From: Amoebophrya sp. A120
Taxonomy: Eukaryota; Protista; Dinoflagellata
Reading direction: 5' to 3'
NCBI GenBank assembly: GCA_905178155.1
Contig: CAJINV010000006.1
Location: forward strand, 3,692,169 to 3,756,168
DNA length: 64,000 nucleotides
Under the pieces are notes generated by a model. The model saw nothing but the letters and a program-made list of their open reading frames with translations, did no database searches and was not told where the DNA came from. Numbering within the stretch: the stretch's first letter is position 1; the number at the start of each line of letters is the position of its first letter. Of the stretch, positions 50,183-62,669 are shown one piece after another. A program made the translations under genes and the position numbers.

Positions 50183-53100
50183 TCAACGCGCCAACACCGT
50201 TTCCAGACTCTGACTCGCGAAATGCGCGACATCCGGATCGGAGTCCGATTTTGCCAGGTTTTCCAGCGTATCAAATGTAAAAATGTCTGGGTCTGGAAAC
50301 TTCTGATGCTGTGTGGCGTTACATGAGAAGGCCACAATTGCTGGCTCAGCATGACAAGTTTCTGAGCTTCTAGGTGTTGCCTATTCTGCATGACAAACTA
50401 CGTTTCTGCATGACACAAAAGTGGGGCTCTTTGGTAATGTGCATGACAGATTTAAGAGTCATGCCAGACAAGCATGACAAACTTGCATTCTTCCAGACGC
50501 AGACATTTTTACATTTGATACAGCGTTTCCACGGCCCGCCGCTGCAGAAAATCACTCTCCATTGCTAGCGCTTGGAGTAACTGCGGTAAGGCGCTTGTCC
50601 AAGGAAAGAGATCCTGCGTCAGTGTACTTCTACTTCTCAAGTCAAATCTTGTTTTCATGATTAGCAACACAAATTTAAATCGCATGTCAGAGAAAAGGAA
50701 AACCGATGCGCCATCATATACGTGAAGTTATTCATGTAAACAACTGCCTCTTCTCTAAATGGAGTTTCAGCATGTTGACAGGCGCCTCTATCTTCCATGT
50801 ACTTTTGCAGCACATAGTAGTGAGTTACACTGACACAGCTTTGTTATTATCTTGGATAACTCTAGCGACGTTGAAACGTACGTTCGGAACGGGATCCTCG
50901 GCGAGGGACAGAATTTTGTCGGCGATGCGGAACTGGAATGTAAATGGTGAGCAATTGTTACTACATCCATAAAAAAGGCATCTGTCATGCGGAAACCGCA
51001 TCGGTGTAATTGTTTGTCATGCGATGCACGCATCAAAACCAGTACCTGCACTTCCTCCACGTCTTTCTCGCCGTAATTCGCGGGATCGATCTGAATCATC
51101 TTTGCCATCGCATTATGCATTTTTGCAAATTATGTGTCATCTCAGTCTGGATTTGTTATTGTAGATCCAAACGACGCAGATGCAGAAGATTTGTAATGCT
51201 TGGAGAGGAGTGCACGTCGACCAGGGGGGCACTTTGTCATGTATTAGTGTTGTTTATTGGACCTCCAATAACCTACCACCTCGAAAACCTCCTTGCCATT
51301 TCCTCGTGTCGTATCAAAGAGACCACTCTGGCATGTTCATGTTGCAAGTATCAGCATACAAGTCGCGGCAACAAATGATCAGCTGCATGTTTAATATTCG
51401 TAGTCCAGACCCAGATTTTTCATAATTCACAATTGATACGCTTGTATCGCCGTCACGCGAAGTATGCAACACAAATTTACCACATCAGAGTAGACATCTC
51501 CGCGTACGTACATCAAAGTGTGATCAACAGAGATAATAATTTCATCGAAAACTAACAGCTAGCAATGTCAGAAGAGGCAAGGGCGGCTCTCATGATGCTG
51601 TTCTGTATTTTATAACAACTAACGCACTACGAGAACAAGAGCCCGGTGGTGTGTTGAACAGGCTTGGTCAGCGTGAGCGTCGTGGTGCTAGTGCGGTAAA
51701 TTTCCAGCGTGGATACGAAGCAGGTAGTTTTCGTGCGAGATCAGGTCCTTCTTATGAATCGCAAAAGTAAATCGTACTCGTGCAAATGCATTACAAATTT
51801 CCGCAGCATTTCAGTTCATTATCATTTCATTGAGAAATGAAAATTTCCTCAGCATGAGAAATGAAATTTGTAATGCGGGCTTGCCTGACGAAAAGGATTT
51901 GTAGTGCATGACTGCAATTACTACGAGTGCGATACTTTTGCACAGGATACTTCTCGATCTCCGGCAACACGTTCTCCTTGGTCCAGGTGGTACCCAGAAT
52001 GTTGCCGAGCTTCTTTAGTTATGAATCGCAAAAATATCGTACTACGTATGAATTGCATTACAAATTTCCTTAGCATTACAAGTTTGAATTTGTAATGCGG
52101 ATATGCCTTAACAGAAAGACTTGTAATGCGTAAATGCAATCACTACGAGTACGATACTTTTGCACAGGATATTAGTGAGTCGCAGGCTGCTTCTCGCACG
52201 AGGTAGACCGGGTCGCCCAGCCAGGTCTTTGTGGTACTCGAGGAGGCGGCAGTGTTGGGGTTTGGTGGCATCGTGTTGTTGGACGTTGTCATGCCTTGCT
52301 GGCTCATCATCGTCGTGCTAGTATTCACATCGCCCGATGAAGTGGCTGCTGTTGATCCTGCTTGGGTACTAGCAGCTATCAAACAAAAAAGTGTTAACGT
52401 TAACGGTTTTCACAGATGGCAGCTATGCATTACAAATTGTGCCTTCCATGCATGTTGCGCAATACAAATTTGGGCACCTTTTCTGATGCGTTACTGCATC
52501 ACAAATTCCATTAACGTTAACACTTTTTCTTGTGATAGCAGCTGTTCCTGCCGCAACGGCCTGCGCGCTGTTTTTCAGTGCGTACCAAATGTGCTTATGC
52601 AATGTAAATTTCCCGTACATGTACAAAATGTATGACAAATTTCGCTAACTTGCAGTGTGCAACTTGTCATGCTAGACTAGGACTGAAGGCAAGTGTTTTG
52701 TCATGCAGAGACTGCATTTGTACGTGTTGTACAGGAAATTTACTGTGGGTAATGCTCGGTAAAAACATCCTCCCCCAGCACCTTGGCCAGAATATCCACA
52801 GAAAAAGATCCATCTTCCCCATGATCCGTATTTTGCATCACAAACGCAGACCTTACTGCATGTTTTGCATGAGAAATTGCATGTGGACAGATGTGTCTTT
52901 TTTTGTGGACACAGAACGGGGCAGCACTCCAAGACCGCGAGCCGCACCCGCCACTGCTTGTCGCACGACAGATATCCCACGAAAAAACTGCTTCACTGTG
53001 AACTTGTGATGCAGAGAATGGAGCACAGAACGATTTGTCTTGCTACACCTGCAAGACATTGGATTTTTTAGCGTTTTTTCCCTTGGGAAGCGCGCATGGC

Positions 53101-56100
53101 AAATTTTCTGTGTCATGTGTAACAAACTTGTGATGCAGATCTTGCAAAGCCATCACAGTGAAACAGTTTTTTCGTGGGATAACAGAGCTTGTAGTGCTGG
53201 CAGTAAGGATTCGTTCAGGAGGGACACTCGGATTACCTTGGCCAGGTGCGGGAGATGCTGGATCAGCTGTAGCCGCACATCCGACGACTCGTCGCGAATC
53301 AGCTCCAGGATGATTTTCGTGAGAATGGTGACCGTGACGTGTTTCCCGACGTAGGGAGAGAGTTTTAGCACCGCCTTCGAAAGTTCCTGTCGCACCTGTT
53401 GACTCGGATCCTTGGTCAGTTTCTGCAGGTGCTGTTGGATCAGCGTCGTCAACTGCGACGCTTGGGGAAACTGGTTATCGGAACCACCTGGTATGCAATG
53501 CGCAAACGCATCGCGCGAGCAACTTCTAGATTCGTATAACAACAATTTGAGTTCTGGAGCAACATCATATAATCTCCAAACCGTAGATGAAGGATGTTGT
53601 GTCGCGCAGATGAATCAACCACAGACAGCAAAACAGATCTACTGCCTTCATGCACCGGGTAGCTTTTGCTATTTTTAGTCCGAGCACGACGATGCTTTTG
53701 CACTGCCTACCTGCGGCCAATTCGCTGGTGTCCAGGGAGATGGGAGAAGGTGTGATCTCCCCATTATTCTGCTTATTTGCCGCATCGCTGTCAGCGAGAA
53801 CCTGGTTTTGATTTTTATACTCCCCTTCGTTCCTGACATTTTTTCTTCTGGCGTGGTACTAGCTGTAATAAATGGTCGCCGTTCATTCACAACCGGGGGC
53901 TTGGTGGGTTAGGATTTGGACACAACTACAACTTGGTATGAATCAATAAAACAGAAAGTAGTGGCAAATGAAAATGTAAAAAAAATCTTCATCTTGAACT
54001 ACATTACAACGTATAGTGTGTACCTTCGCGACGCTTGGCAATTTGAAGACGGCCAAGCTCCTGACTTCCGGCTCGTTGTCTGTGAGTAGTTTCTCTAAAA
54101 TCTTGCCGACATAGTCTGTTTATGCATTGCAAGAGTACAACCGCACCACTACGTAGGAATAATTGCACCTCCACAAACTTGAATTTATTTTTACTCAGTG
54201 TAAAAAATACACTCAGGTTTGTCATGCTGATTGGATTCAGCTCGATAAAGGTGCGTAGATTTGTCATGCGTATCTGCAATCCGTACGACTACGAATGCCG
54301 TACGACTACGAATGCCGTACGACTACGAAGGCCTCACGTACCCGCACAAAGGCAGCGGAGTTTGTCTACCAGCCTGCTCCGTCGGCCCTGGGCGAGGAAA
54401 TACGAAAGCAGGGTCGAACAAGTGTGTTCCACGTAAGGAACCGGCTCGACACATGGAGCCGATCATAAAAACACACACACGCCCAACTCGCTTCGGCAGG
54501 CGGGCGCGCGATAGGCCTTGTTCCCTAGCAGCTTCCGTCCTTGCACAGAGCGGGCCACCCGCTTGCCTGGCCTAGAGCACCAACGTGGCGGGTGGCAGGT
54601 GTCTCGGTCGTGGGGGCTCTAGAGCCTGTGGGGCGCCCCCTACCAAACGGCTAGCAGGCTATGCGGATCCCGTATCTGGTAGCGACCCAAGTTGTGCGAT
54701 AGCGGGCTAATAGCAGTTTGTGTCTGCCTTCGCTACAATATGACCAACTCGGCTATGTGTCGTGTGACCTACTTGCAGTAGGTCGCTTTGCGAAGGTACG
54801 TAACATTTTTGAAAGTTTTATTGGATTTAATCGTTGGGCGCGTTATATTTGTCATGCGTATCTGCAATCCGTACGACTACGAATGCCGTGCGGAGCCAGG
54901 AATGGGGCGTAGAAATGCCCTACCATCCTGAACACGAAGTCTCCGATCTGTATTGCACAAAAGCAATGCTGCAATCGAGTTTCTTTTTCGGCGGCGGCTT
55001 CGAATTTCTACGCCATCGCCTTGGCTCCTGCAGGAGGCGGCGTAGAAATTCCATACCGCCATGAGAGGGAAGTCTCCGACCTGTGATGCACAAAGGCAAC
55101 TGTGACTTTGAGACCGGACTGCTTTTCCCGGGGTGGTTTCGAATTGTCCGCCCCGTTGCCGAAGGAACACCCTGCGCCCGGCTGTAGCGCTTCGCGCACT
55201 AAGCCACTATGCGCGCGCCTGATGCGAGGCGAGGCCGAGGGGCGGACACTGTCCGCACTGATGCCGAACACCCTTCCCCCACTACCGCTTTGCGAACTAA
55301 GCCACTGCGCGCGCGCCTGATGTGAGGCGAGGGGCGGACTCTGTCCGCCGCGATGCCGAGCAATGTTCCTCCACTCGCGCCACTAGGGATGCGCACAAGG
55401 CCCCAGCGTGGGGACCCTGTCCCCACGCGTGGACCTTGTTTGTCATGCATATTTTCCATGACCAATGATGTCTGTGATGCATGCCGTAGCATCACAGATT
55501 TTTCATGCGTATCTGCAATTCGTACGACTACGAATGCCGTACCGTACTTTTGCATGTGATACCGCCTCCAGTGCGTTCGAGGCTGTTCGATCCTGTTGGT
55601 CCTCTTCAAGCTGCAGGTCGTTGTCTTTATGCAATACAAATTTCCCGTACATGTACAAGGTGCATCACAAACTTCACCGAACTTGGAATGTAACGCCTGT
55701 CATGCTAAACTAGGATCGGAGCCAAGTTTTGTCATGCAGAAACCGCATTGGTACGTCGTCGTGTACGGGAAATTTACTGTGGATAGTCTTCAATTTCCTT
55801 CAACAAACCTGGGACGAAGAGCTTCAGCAAAATTTCCGGGAGAAAGTCCGCCATCATGTACCGCACTCGCCAGGACTTGTCCCCTATGCATTGCAAATGT
55901 GTCTGGGTCTGGAATGGTGCAACTTGTAATGCGCATTTTTCAACACACAAAAAATCTCTTATGCCTAGACAGCAAAACAGGCTGCTCACTTTGTCACCGG
56001 ATTAGGTATCGAGGCACCTGCTCAAAACCTGTAATGCTGGGCCTTGCATGCCAGACCTCCTTGGTTATGGAAAAACAGCATGACAAAAATCTGCATCCTT

Positions 56101-58381
56101 CCTGACCCAGACATGTTTGCACTGCATATCCGCGACGGACTTGAGGAGGACCTGCTTATCCTTGCAGTAGATCGCGTTTTGTATTGCCAAAACCCGCACA
56201 GAGTCCTGCTCGTCCTCGGCTAGAAGCTGCATCAGCTGATTCAATTGCTCATGAATCGCCGGCGGAGTGGTGCTTATCCCAGCGCCGGTGTTGATGCTAT
56301 CGCTTTGTCCACCTCTGGACATCCCTTGTGAAGTCAGCAGAACGTCGGCGACCTGGTTGGTTTACTGGAATTTGAAAATTTGTCATGCACAGGACTTGTT
56401 CGCACACAGAATACAGGTTCTTTTGTTCATCTCATGCAGATCTGATATGCTTTATGGATTCGTGACACAAGGAACCCGCCCCGGTCACTTACCTATGTAA
56501 GTAAAATTTTTTATGATAATCATAATTTCTTATTCTTATACTGTGACAAACTGCGCCGCGGCAGCTCTCCTGACCATGGGAGTGTCATCGCGGCATAGCC
56601 TGGCGTACGCCGCCAGGTATTCAAACTCAGGCGGATCGGGTGGCTGCAGCTGCTCCCCAGCACCGTTACTATCCACTCCTCCACTGGCCGCGCTAGACGC
56701 CGTCGGGCCGAAATTTTGGTTCCACCACCGACTTATGGGTATAATCGTCGGTAGCAACGCTAGCGCGCTCATTCTGCTCGTAAACCAGTCGTGCTGGGCC
56801 AAGCGGTGGGTCAGGGACGCGAACTCCTCAAATAGCGAGGTAGACGACGTTTGATGCTGAGATCCTGGGTCCATCGCTGCCTGCTGCTTGTAAAACTCGG
56901 GAATCAAGTTCATGATTTTTTGCAAACCCGCCGTGGCCTGAAAATAGATTGCATTTGATTTTCATTTGTATTTCATGCTTATGGGGTGGGGTCACATAAT
57001 TCATTCCCACTCGTTCGTCACAAGAAAAACACACAAGAAGTTGTTGTTGACAACTCTATGGTCTCTCTACTGATCTGACAACAAACATTTTATACCTTCC
57101 CCCTCACTATTGCTTCTTCCTTGTTGGCCAATTCTTCCAAGACTGGTATCAAGCAGTATGGGAGTGTCAGGATCGAAATTGACAAAATTGAAATGATCTG
57201 TAATGCATATTATGCATTACAGATCATTTCAATTTTCTTGCTTTTTGCGTAGCATTTTATGCCATAAAATGCTACGCAAAAAGCGACTCTATTGCAGAGG
57301 ATGCAAGGAAGGCGGATTGTAGTCCTGGTAAGGCTTAGGTGTTGGGCTGCTGACTAGCATGACAGAAGGCAGCTCTTTTTCCCTAAACCGCATGACAGAT
57401 TCGCTTCCAGGACGGGGAGAATTTGCCATGCGCCGACTACAAACTGTGGCTCTAAGGGGCATCGATTTTGTGCATCACAAGTTTTTCGATTTTGTCGATT
57501 TCGATTCTGACACTTCCATAAGCAGCTCCCATACTGTATCCCCCCACAGAATTCCAACACAAAATATCACGTTCTCAAACTTTACATTCACAACTGTTAC
57601 ACGAATTAGTAAAAATGCAAGAACAGCAACAGGCAAAGGGGCAAGCTTGCTGCTTTCGCATCACAGATTTACATGCTGTTTACCCCTTCGGAGATTTGTC
57701 ATGCGAAGCAGCTTGGACGTCTGGTGGCGTAAGGTAGTTCTGCATGACAAATTCATGTATACAATTGAGAATGTAACCACGTTTGAGAACGCCATACAAA
57801 ACGGCTATCTGAGACCTGGTCCGCCAGTTCCACGAGCAATTCCTCTTCATCGTCAGCAGCCACTTCCGCGGTAAGAAACGGAATCAGTTCTTCTCGTACC
57901 CGCTCTGGGCCCAGAGCAAGGGAAATGGTCGCCAGGTTCTCGATCGCATTTTTTCGCTGAAACAAGTGGTCCGATCGGAGCTCGTCGATCAGGATAGCAA
58001 TGGGGTACAGATCGTCCATAGTCAGGTTTTTCGTCTTCACAGGGTGAATATCAAATGCAAAAATGTCTGGGTCTGGAACAGTGGAACTTGTGATGCGTGT
58101 CTTGCATTCCTGGAAAATGAAAATCTGTGTTGCATGAGCAGCAAAAGAGGAGCTTGTTTTGTCGTGCAAAAACGCAGTTTGTGATGCGTGGTAGGCATCA
58201 GCAGGCGTCTCCAAAACTTGTCATGCCTGGCTGCCATTGCAAGCGTTTCAATCATGCTCAATTCAGCATCACAGATTTCCAGACCCAGACATATTTGCAG
58301 TGCATAGTGAAACTGCCCAGCCGCAAACTCCCCCGAGGCGGCGGAGGAGGACGAGCTAGACGGGTGGTGACCTGATACCAT
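50183..58381 (-). CDS. PPP2R1A: Protein phosphatase 2A scaffold A subunit (PR65, HEAT repeats)
   Basis: DDLYPIAILIDELRS..ALGPERVREELIPFL, DWFTSRMSA, LCRDDTPMVRRAAA, EDEQDSVRVLA, DKSWRVRYM, TDNEPEVR, RDESSDVRL, WLGDPVYLVREAA, DPVPNVRFNVA and SDPDVAHFASQSL*. Confidence 0.96.
52377..52537. mobile_element. Introner family K (TAT..AAAAGTGTTAACG), representative copy
   Basis: TSD GCAGC. Also 63119-63293; related copies at 29475-29688 and its duplicate 20491-20704. Confidence 0.85.
52973..53181. mobile_element. Introner family G (TIR TATCCCACGAAAAAACTGYTTCACTG), representative copy
   Basis: TSD ACAGA. Also 23774-23985 (TSD CTCGC) and a half copy starting at about 19935. Confidence 0.9.
54259..55540. 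repeat. Three copies of a 43-bp sequence ATTTGTCATGCGTATCTGCAATCCGTACGACTACGAATGCCGT with 0.5-0.6 kb spacers
   Basis: Copies at 54259-54301 (with extra tandem 17-mers to 54329), 54847-54889 and 55498-55540 (2 mismatches). All lie inside the element 54121-55561 in the PP2A gene. Confidence 0.92.
57184..57284. repeat. Two adjacent perfect inverted repeats (26-bp and 22-bp arms, 1-nt loops)
   Basis: AAAATTGAAATGATCTGTAATGCATA-T-TATGCATTACAGATCATTTCAATTTT and GCTTTTTGCGTAGCATTTTATG-C-CATAAAATGCTACGCAAAAAGC. Confidence 0.95.
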
Positions 58382-60051
58382 GGTCGTCCTGGTCGTGTCG
58401 CTTGCGCTAGCAAGATGAATTATGGAAAAGGAACAGCGCGTCGTCCTTTTCGCGAAAAAATCTTCCTCCTGTGGTACCGTGGAATAAACGTATTCCACGT
58501 GGTCTTCACTTAAGTCGTTCTTGTTCCGGCTGCATCTTCCTGATGCGCGTCGTCATAATTGTGATGTGCCATTCAACTGCTTGCGGAGCTGCACATGATT
58601 CACGACGGCGTCATCTTCGCATCATCGTGGTCTTTTGGTTCTAAATAAAAACCTTTCCACGCCACTATATGTTCTTGCTCTTCTTCTTTATTTTTCTGCC
58701 GTCCAATAAATACAGACTCAGTTCCTTTTTTGCATCTCACGAAGAGACAAAGACAGTTGACTTAAGAGACGACAATAGCTGTAATAAAAGAACGGGAAGA
58801 GGAAGATGCGACCTTGTGATCATCGCACCTCTTGATAGGGCCGTTGGCGTTGGTGAAGTCGTTTACTTACTTGCCATCGTCTACTTGTACTTCTGTAATC
58901 TCCTGATTCATTTTTTGAAGCCAGAGCCGCACCACAACTATCGGTACCACTTTCATGGACAAATGTTACACTTACAAATTGCACGACATTCTGGCACCAA
59001 CTCCGAAAGGAGGACGAAAATAATCGGCCCGCAGAGAGATGAGGATGACCACCCCGAGCAGTGACAGACACTAGAGCCACCAAGAACAAACGCAAGACTA
59101 GAAAAGAGTTGAAGTTGTTTTTTGATGTGACGACCAAAAACATTTCGTCCTCGTCGAAATTTATTTTTGGTACAACATCGTACAATATTCAAACTGCTGT
59201 TTTTTCTTTTTTGGTACAGGTACTACTTTCAGGGCGAATTTCGTTCGATTTTTCTTCTGCTTGAGAGGTTGGTACGCAGAAGCACTTCGAGCGTATATAA
59301 CTCAAGTAGGTACATATAAAGTTCTTTTTCAATCACCGGCCTAGTACTACTACTAGTTCCGGTGTACGGACAAATTTTTTTAGGTCGTTTTGTTCGTAAG
59401 TTATTTTTCGGGTTCGGGTCCTTGTCCTAGACGCGGAGGTGAAACTAGAACTACAGAAGTAAGGCGCACCTGATTTGATGAGTAGCAGAATCTTCTGTAC
59501 TCAAATTTCATCAAACTGCAGGATATCTTCTGGGTCGTTTGTCTCTACAACTGTCGAGAAGAGGAGGCACTAGATATGATGTAAAGACCACACTGAGCTT
59601 ATTTTTGGTGGTGAAACTCGATAGGTTTAGGTGGTGGAAAGAGGACATACAGATAGTATTTTCCGTATTAATCCGTAAATTTTGCATTTTATTTTTTTTC
59701 GTCTCAATAATACAACTTGACTTCACAGTGCGGTCCTCCTCGTCCTGCTGAGCACTTATCCTGAGTAAAAACGTACCCACGCCAGAGTTGTAATGCAAAT
59801 CTGCATGCTGAAAATGTTTCTCATGCGGAGCTCCATGAGAAGCATTTTCTAGTCGTGTTTTGCAATTTGTCATGCTCCAATCAGCATGGTATTCTAGATC
59901 TGTGATGCTGCTGAGCTAGCTGAAACAGCACTATACTACGAATCCAAATTTGTCATGCAAAAAAGCCAAAACTCGTGGATTTGTCTAGCCGATTCCCCAT
60001 CTTGACTCTGGTGTGGGTACGTTTTTACTCAGGATAGCACTGACTCTTTGT

Positions 60052-61743
60052 TCATTTTACATGCGCGATTTCCGCATTGTTGGTTTGCTTCAGGCCCTCC
60101 ACTTGGAACGAAAACGCCTATGAACTGCAAAAGTATCGCACTCGTATAAAAGCATTACAAATTTCCTCAGCATGAGAAATGAAATTTGTGATGCGAATGC
60201 ACCTTAAGGAAAAGATTTGCAATGCATGACTGCAATACGAGTACGAAACTTTCGCACAGGATAACGCCATCCCCTCGTCAATGAACTCGCCGATCTGTAA
60301 TATGTTTTGGAGGTTTTTCGATTTGAAAATCTGTCATGCAGAACTTGGATATCAAACTGCATGCGCAATTCATGTCATGCATGAGAAAAAAAATTTTCTT
60401 TTCTATAGTACCTCGTCGTCCACATCTTGCTCTGTGTAGTCCCCCGTGCCGACTACGCGTTTGCTATTCTTCGAAAAAGTATCGTGTTTGTACTGATGAT
60501 GTTGCAGGTTTTTACTTTTTCTTTTTGCTGCATGACAGAGAGATTTGGTCTCTTTCCTCATGAACTACCTGCTGAAACACATTGCATCATCAAAATTTCT
60601 TGTGATGTTCTTAGGGTTATAGGACCACGAACAACTCCGTACTCGTACGTTACTTTTGCAATGCATATTTGAAATACAGCACCCATTCGTCCTTACTTAT
60701 CCTTCCATCGTTGTTCTCGTCCATATCGGAAAGCATCTTTTTCGCCGCAGCCCCGGAAAACCTTTGGAAGATATTGTTGGGTAGTTCAGCATGACAGGCC
60801 TTTTATTTCTGTATCCGAGCCTTGCATGACAAATTGTTCTTCATCGCGTCCAGCAAATTGTACCTTTTGAACACTTTCACTGCTTCGTCGATTTCTACTT
60901 CGCCACTGCCGTTTTCTATCCAACAGAAAAGCCGCTTCTTGATCTTGCCTACCAATAGCAATACCAACCTCCCGTCGTCAGAATTCAGATACTAGTTGTA
61001 GTTGTGCTTGCCTATGTATTATAATACAGAAATCATGACGAAACATCGAACAGCAGCGGCTTCTGATGTAGTTAGTGTTTGCGTTTGTCTTTGTTTCCCC
61101 TGAGCAGGGGCAAATGTATTTTGTCCTGGTGTAGTTCTTGGAGGTTGATGCAAGCAGAACCAGGTCGACGACGAGCATGGTAAGACTAAGATGTATGTAG
61201 CAATCAAGCGACTTATCTGAAAATCTGTTGTGGATATCCTTGTCGATTTTTTTGAAGCTTTCTTCAATCTTCGCGACCAGTGCCGCGGGCTATGAGAGCG
61301 CACAACTCCCGTCCCTCTTTGCATCACAAATTGAAATTCTAGAACAACAAGGCCAAACAGTACTAGAGTCAACCACGCATGATGAAGTTGTCATGCACAA
61401 CATCCATCTGTATTGGTGTTTGTATTGCTCCCCATGATGCCCTCCAAATGAGGGGGTGGGCGAGTACGGGTTGTGCACTCTCATACGGACAGCTCGGTTT
61501 GCTTGATTGTCGACCGGTCGACTTCCGTATCCTGTGCAAAAGTATCGTACTCGTACTCGTAGTAATTGCAACCATGCATTACAAATCTCCATCGCAAGGT
61601 AAAACAGCATGACAAATTCTCTTTGTCGTGCTGAGCTAACTTGTATTGCAATAACTACTAGTACGATACAACTTTTGGAGTTCATATTCCGAAGCGCGCA
61701 AAGCTGGCTTGGAGCTACCGCAACAGCGCAACAACAAGGCCAT
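60052..61743 (-). CDS. Small two-EF-hand calcium-binding protein with N-terminal Cys-Cys
   Basis: Reconstructed MALLLRCCGSS...SFKKIDKDGSGEVEIDEAVKVFKRFSGAAAKKMLSDMDENNDGRISKDEWVLYF, which contains two canonical EF loops. The 3' exons are less certain. Confidence 0.82.
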
Positions 61744-62669
61744 ATTGGACGCAGCTTCTACAACTACTTCAAATTAGCGTTAACACGGTTAGGTCCTCTG
61801 GTGAATTTGAAGGATCTTCGCTAAGATGGTACTCCACGTCGACAACTACAATGCTCTCATACATAAGTAGTACCACAACTACCGCAGCTCTCCATTCTTC
61901 TCTACAACTCCTTCCACTCACTACTTGCTCGTTGCAGGAAAAGTCGTCGCTGCTTCGTCTCGCCTCACCCGATTCGACTCTCGTCGAGAAAAATAAGCAG
62001 CGATCACGCTCGAAAAGAAGGAGTGCCATAATTGCACTTCGATCGGAATCGAATCTTCCAAATTACGCGAAATAAACACGAACTCTCAACAAGATCGAAC
62101 GATTGGCCCAAGAATTGAGACACGCAGCCTGCTCATGCCCTTTGATAGTTTATTTCAGCACCTTTGTTTTTTTTCAAAATCTCGTCGTGTCGACCGGTGT
62201 GTAACTGTAGCCTGGTCTGCAAAATGTTGATGCTTTTATTTTTACGCGGGGGCAAGCTACAAATTCTGTGCTTCTTTTTGGTCGTGGTCGAGCCTACTTG
62301 AACTTGATGTTCTGGGATTACTATATTGGCACTGTCTACTGTTATCGTTCTTAGAGATTTAATTATGTAGCCCTTCTTCTTGATGCAACTGATGACATCT
62401 TTTCTATGGGGGGAGAAATTTGACTGCTTCTCTAATGTATGAGACACCAAAGCTGCCACGCTTATTGGATAAACAAGCGCTAGGACGACAGCTATGCGCG
62501 CCGCTCAGATGCGTTTTTATGTAGTAGAGCAAATCGTCTACGTCTTTTCTTATTGATGAAGCTGATAAACGTAAAGAAAAAGATTAAGGTTTTTTCATAT
62601 AGTACAAGAAATTTGAAATACAGGAAAATAAACATGCAGTAACGAATGTAGATGAGCCTTGCTCACCTC

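Noticed and set aside
54553-54622. HDV-like ribozyme call
   Set aside because: Complementary segments exist, but I could not fit the P1/P1.1/P3/J4-2 consensus by eye.
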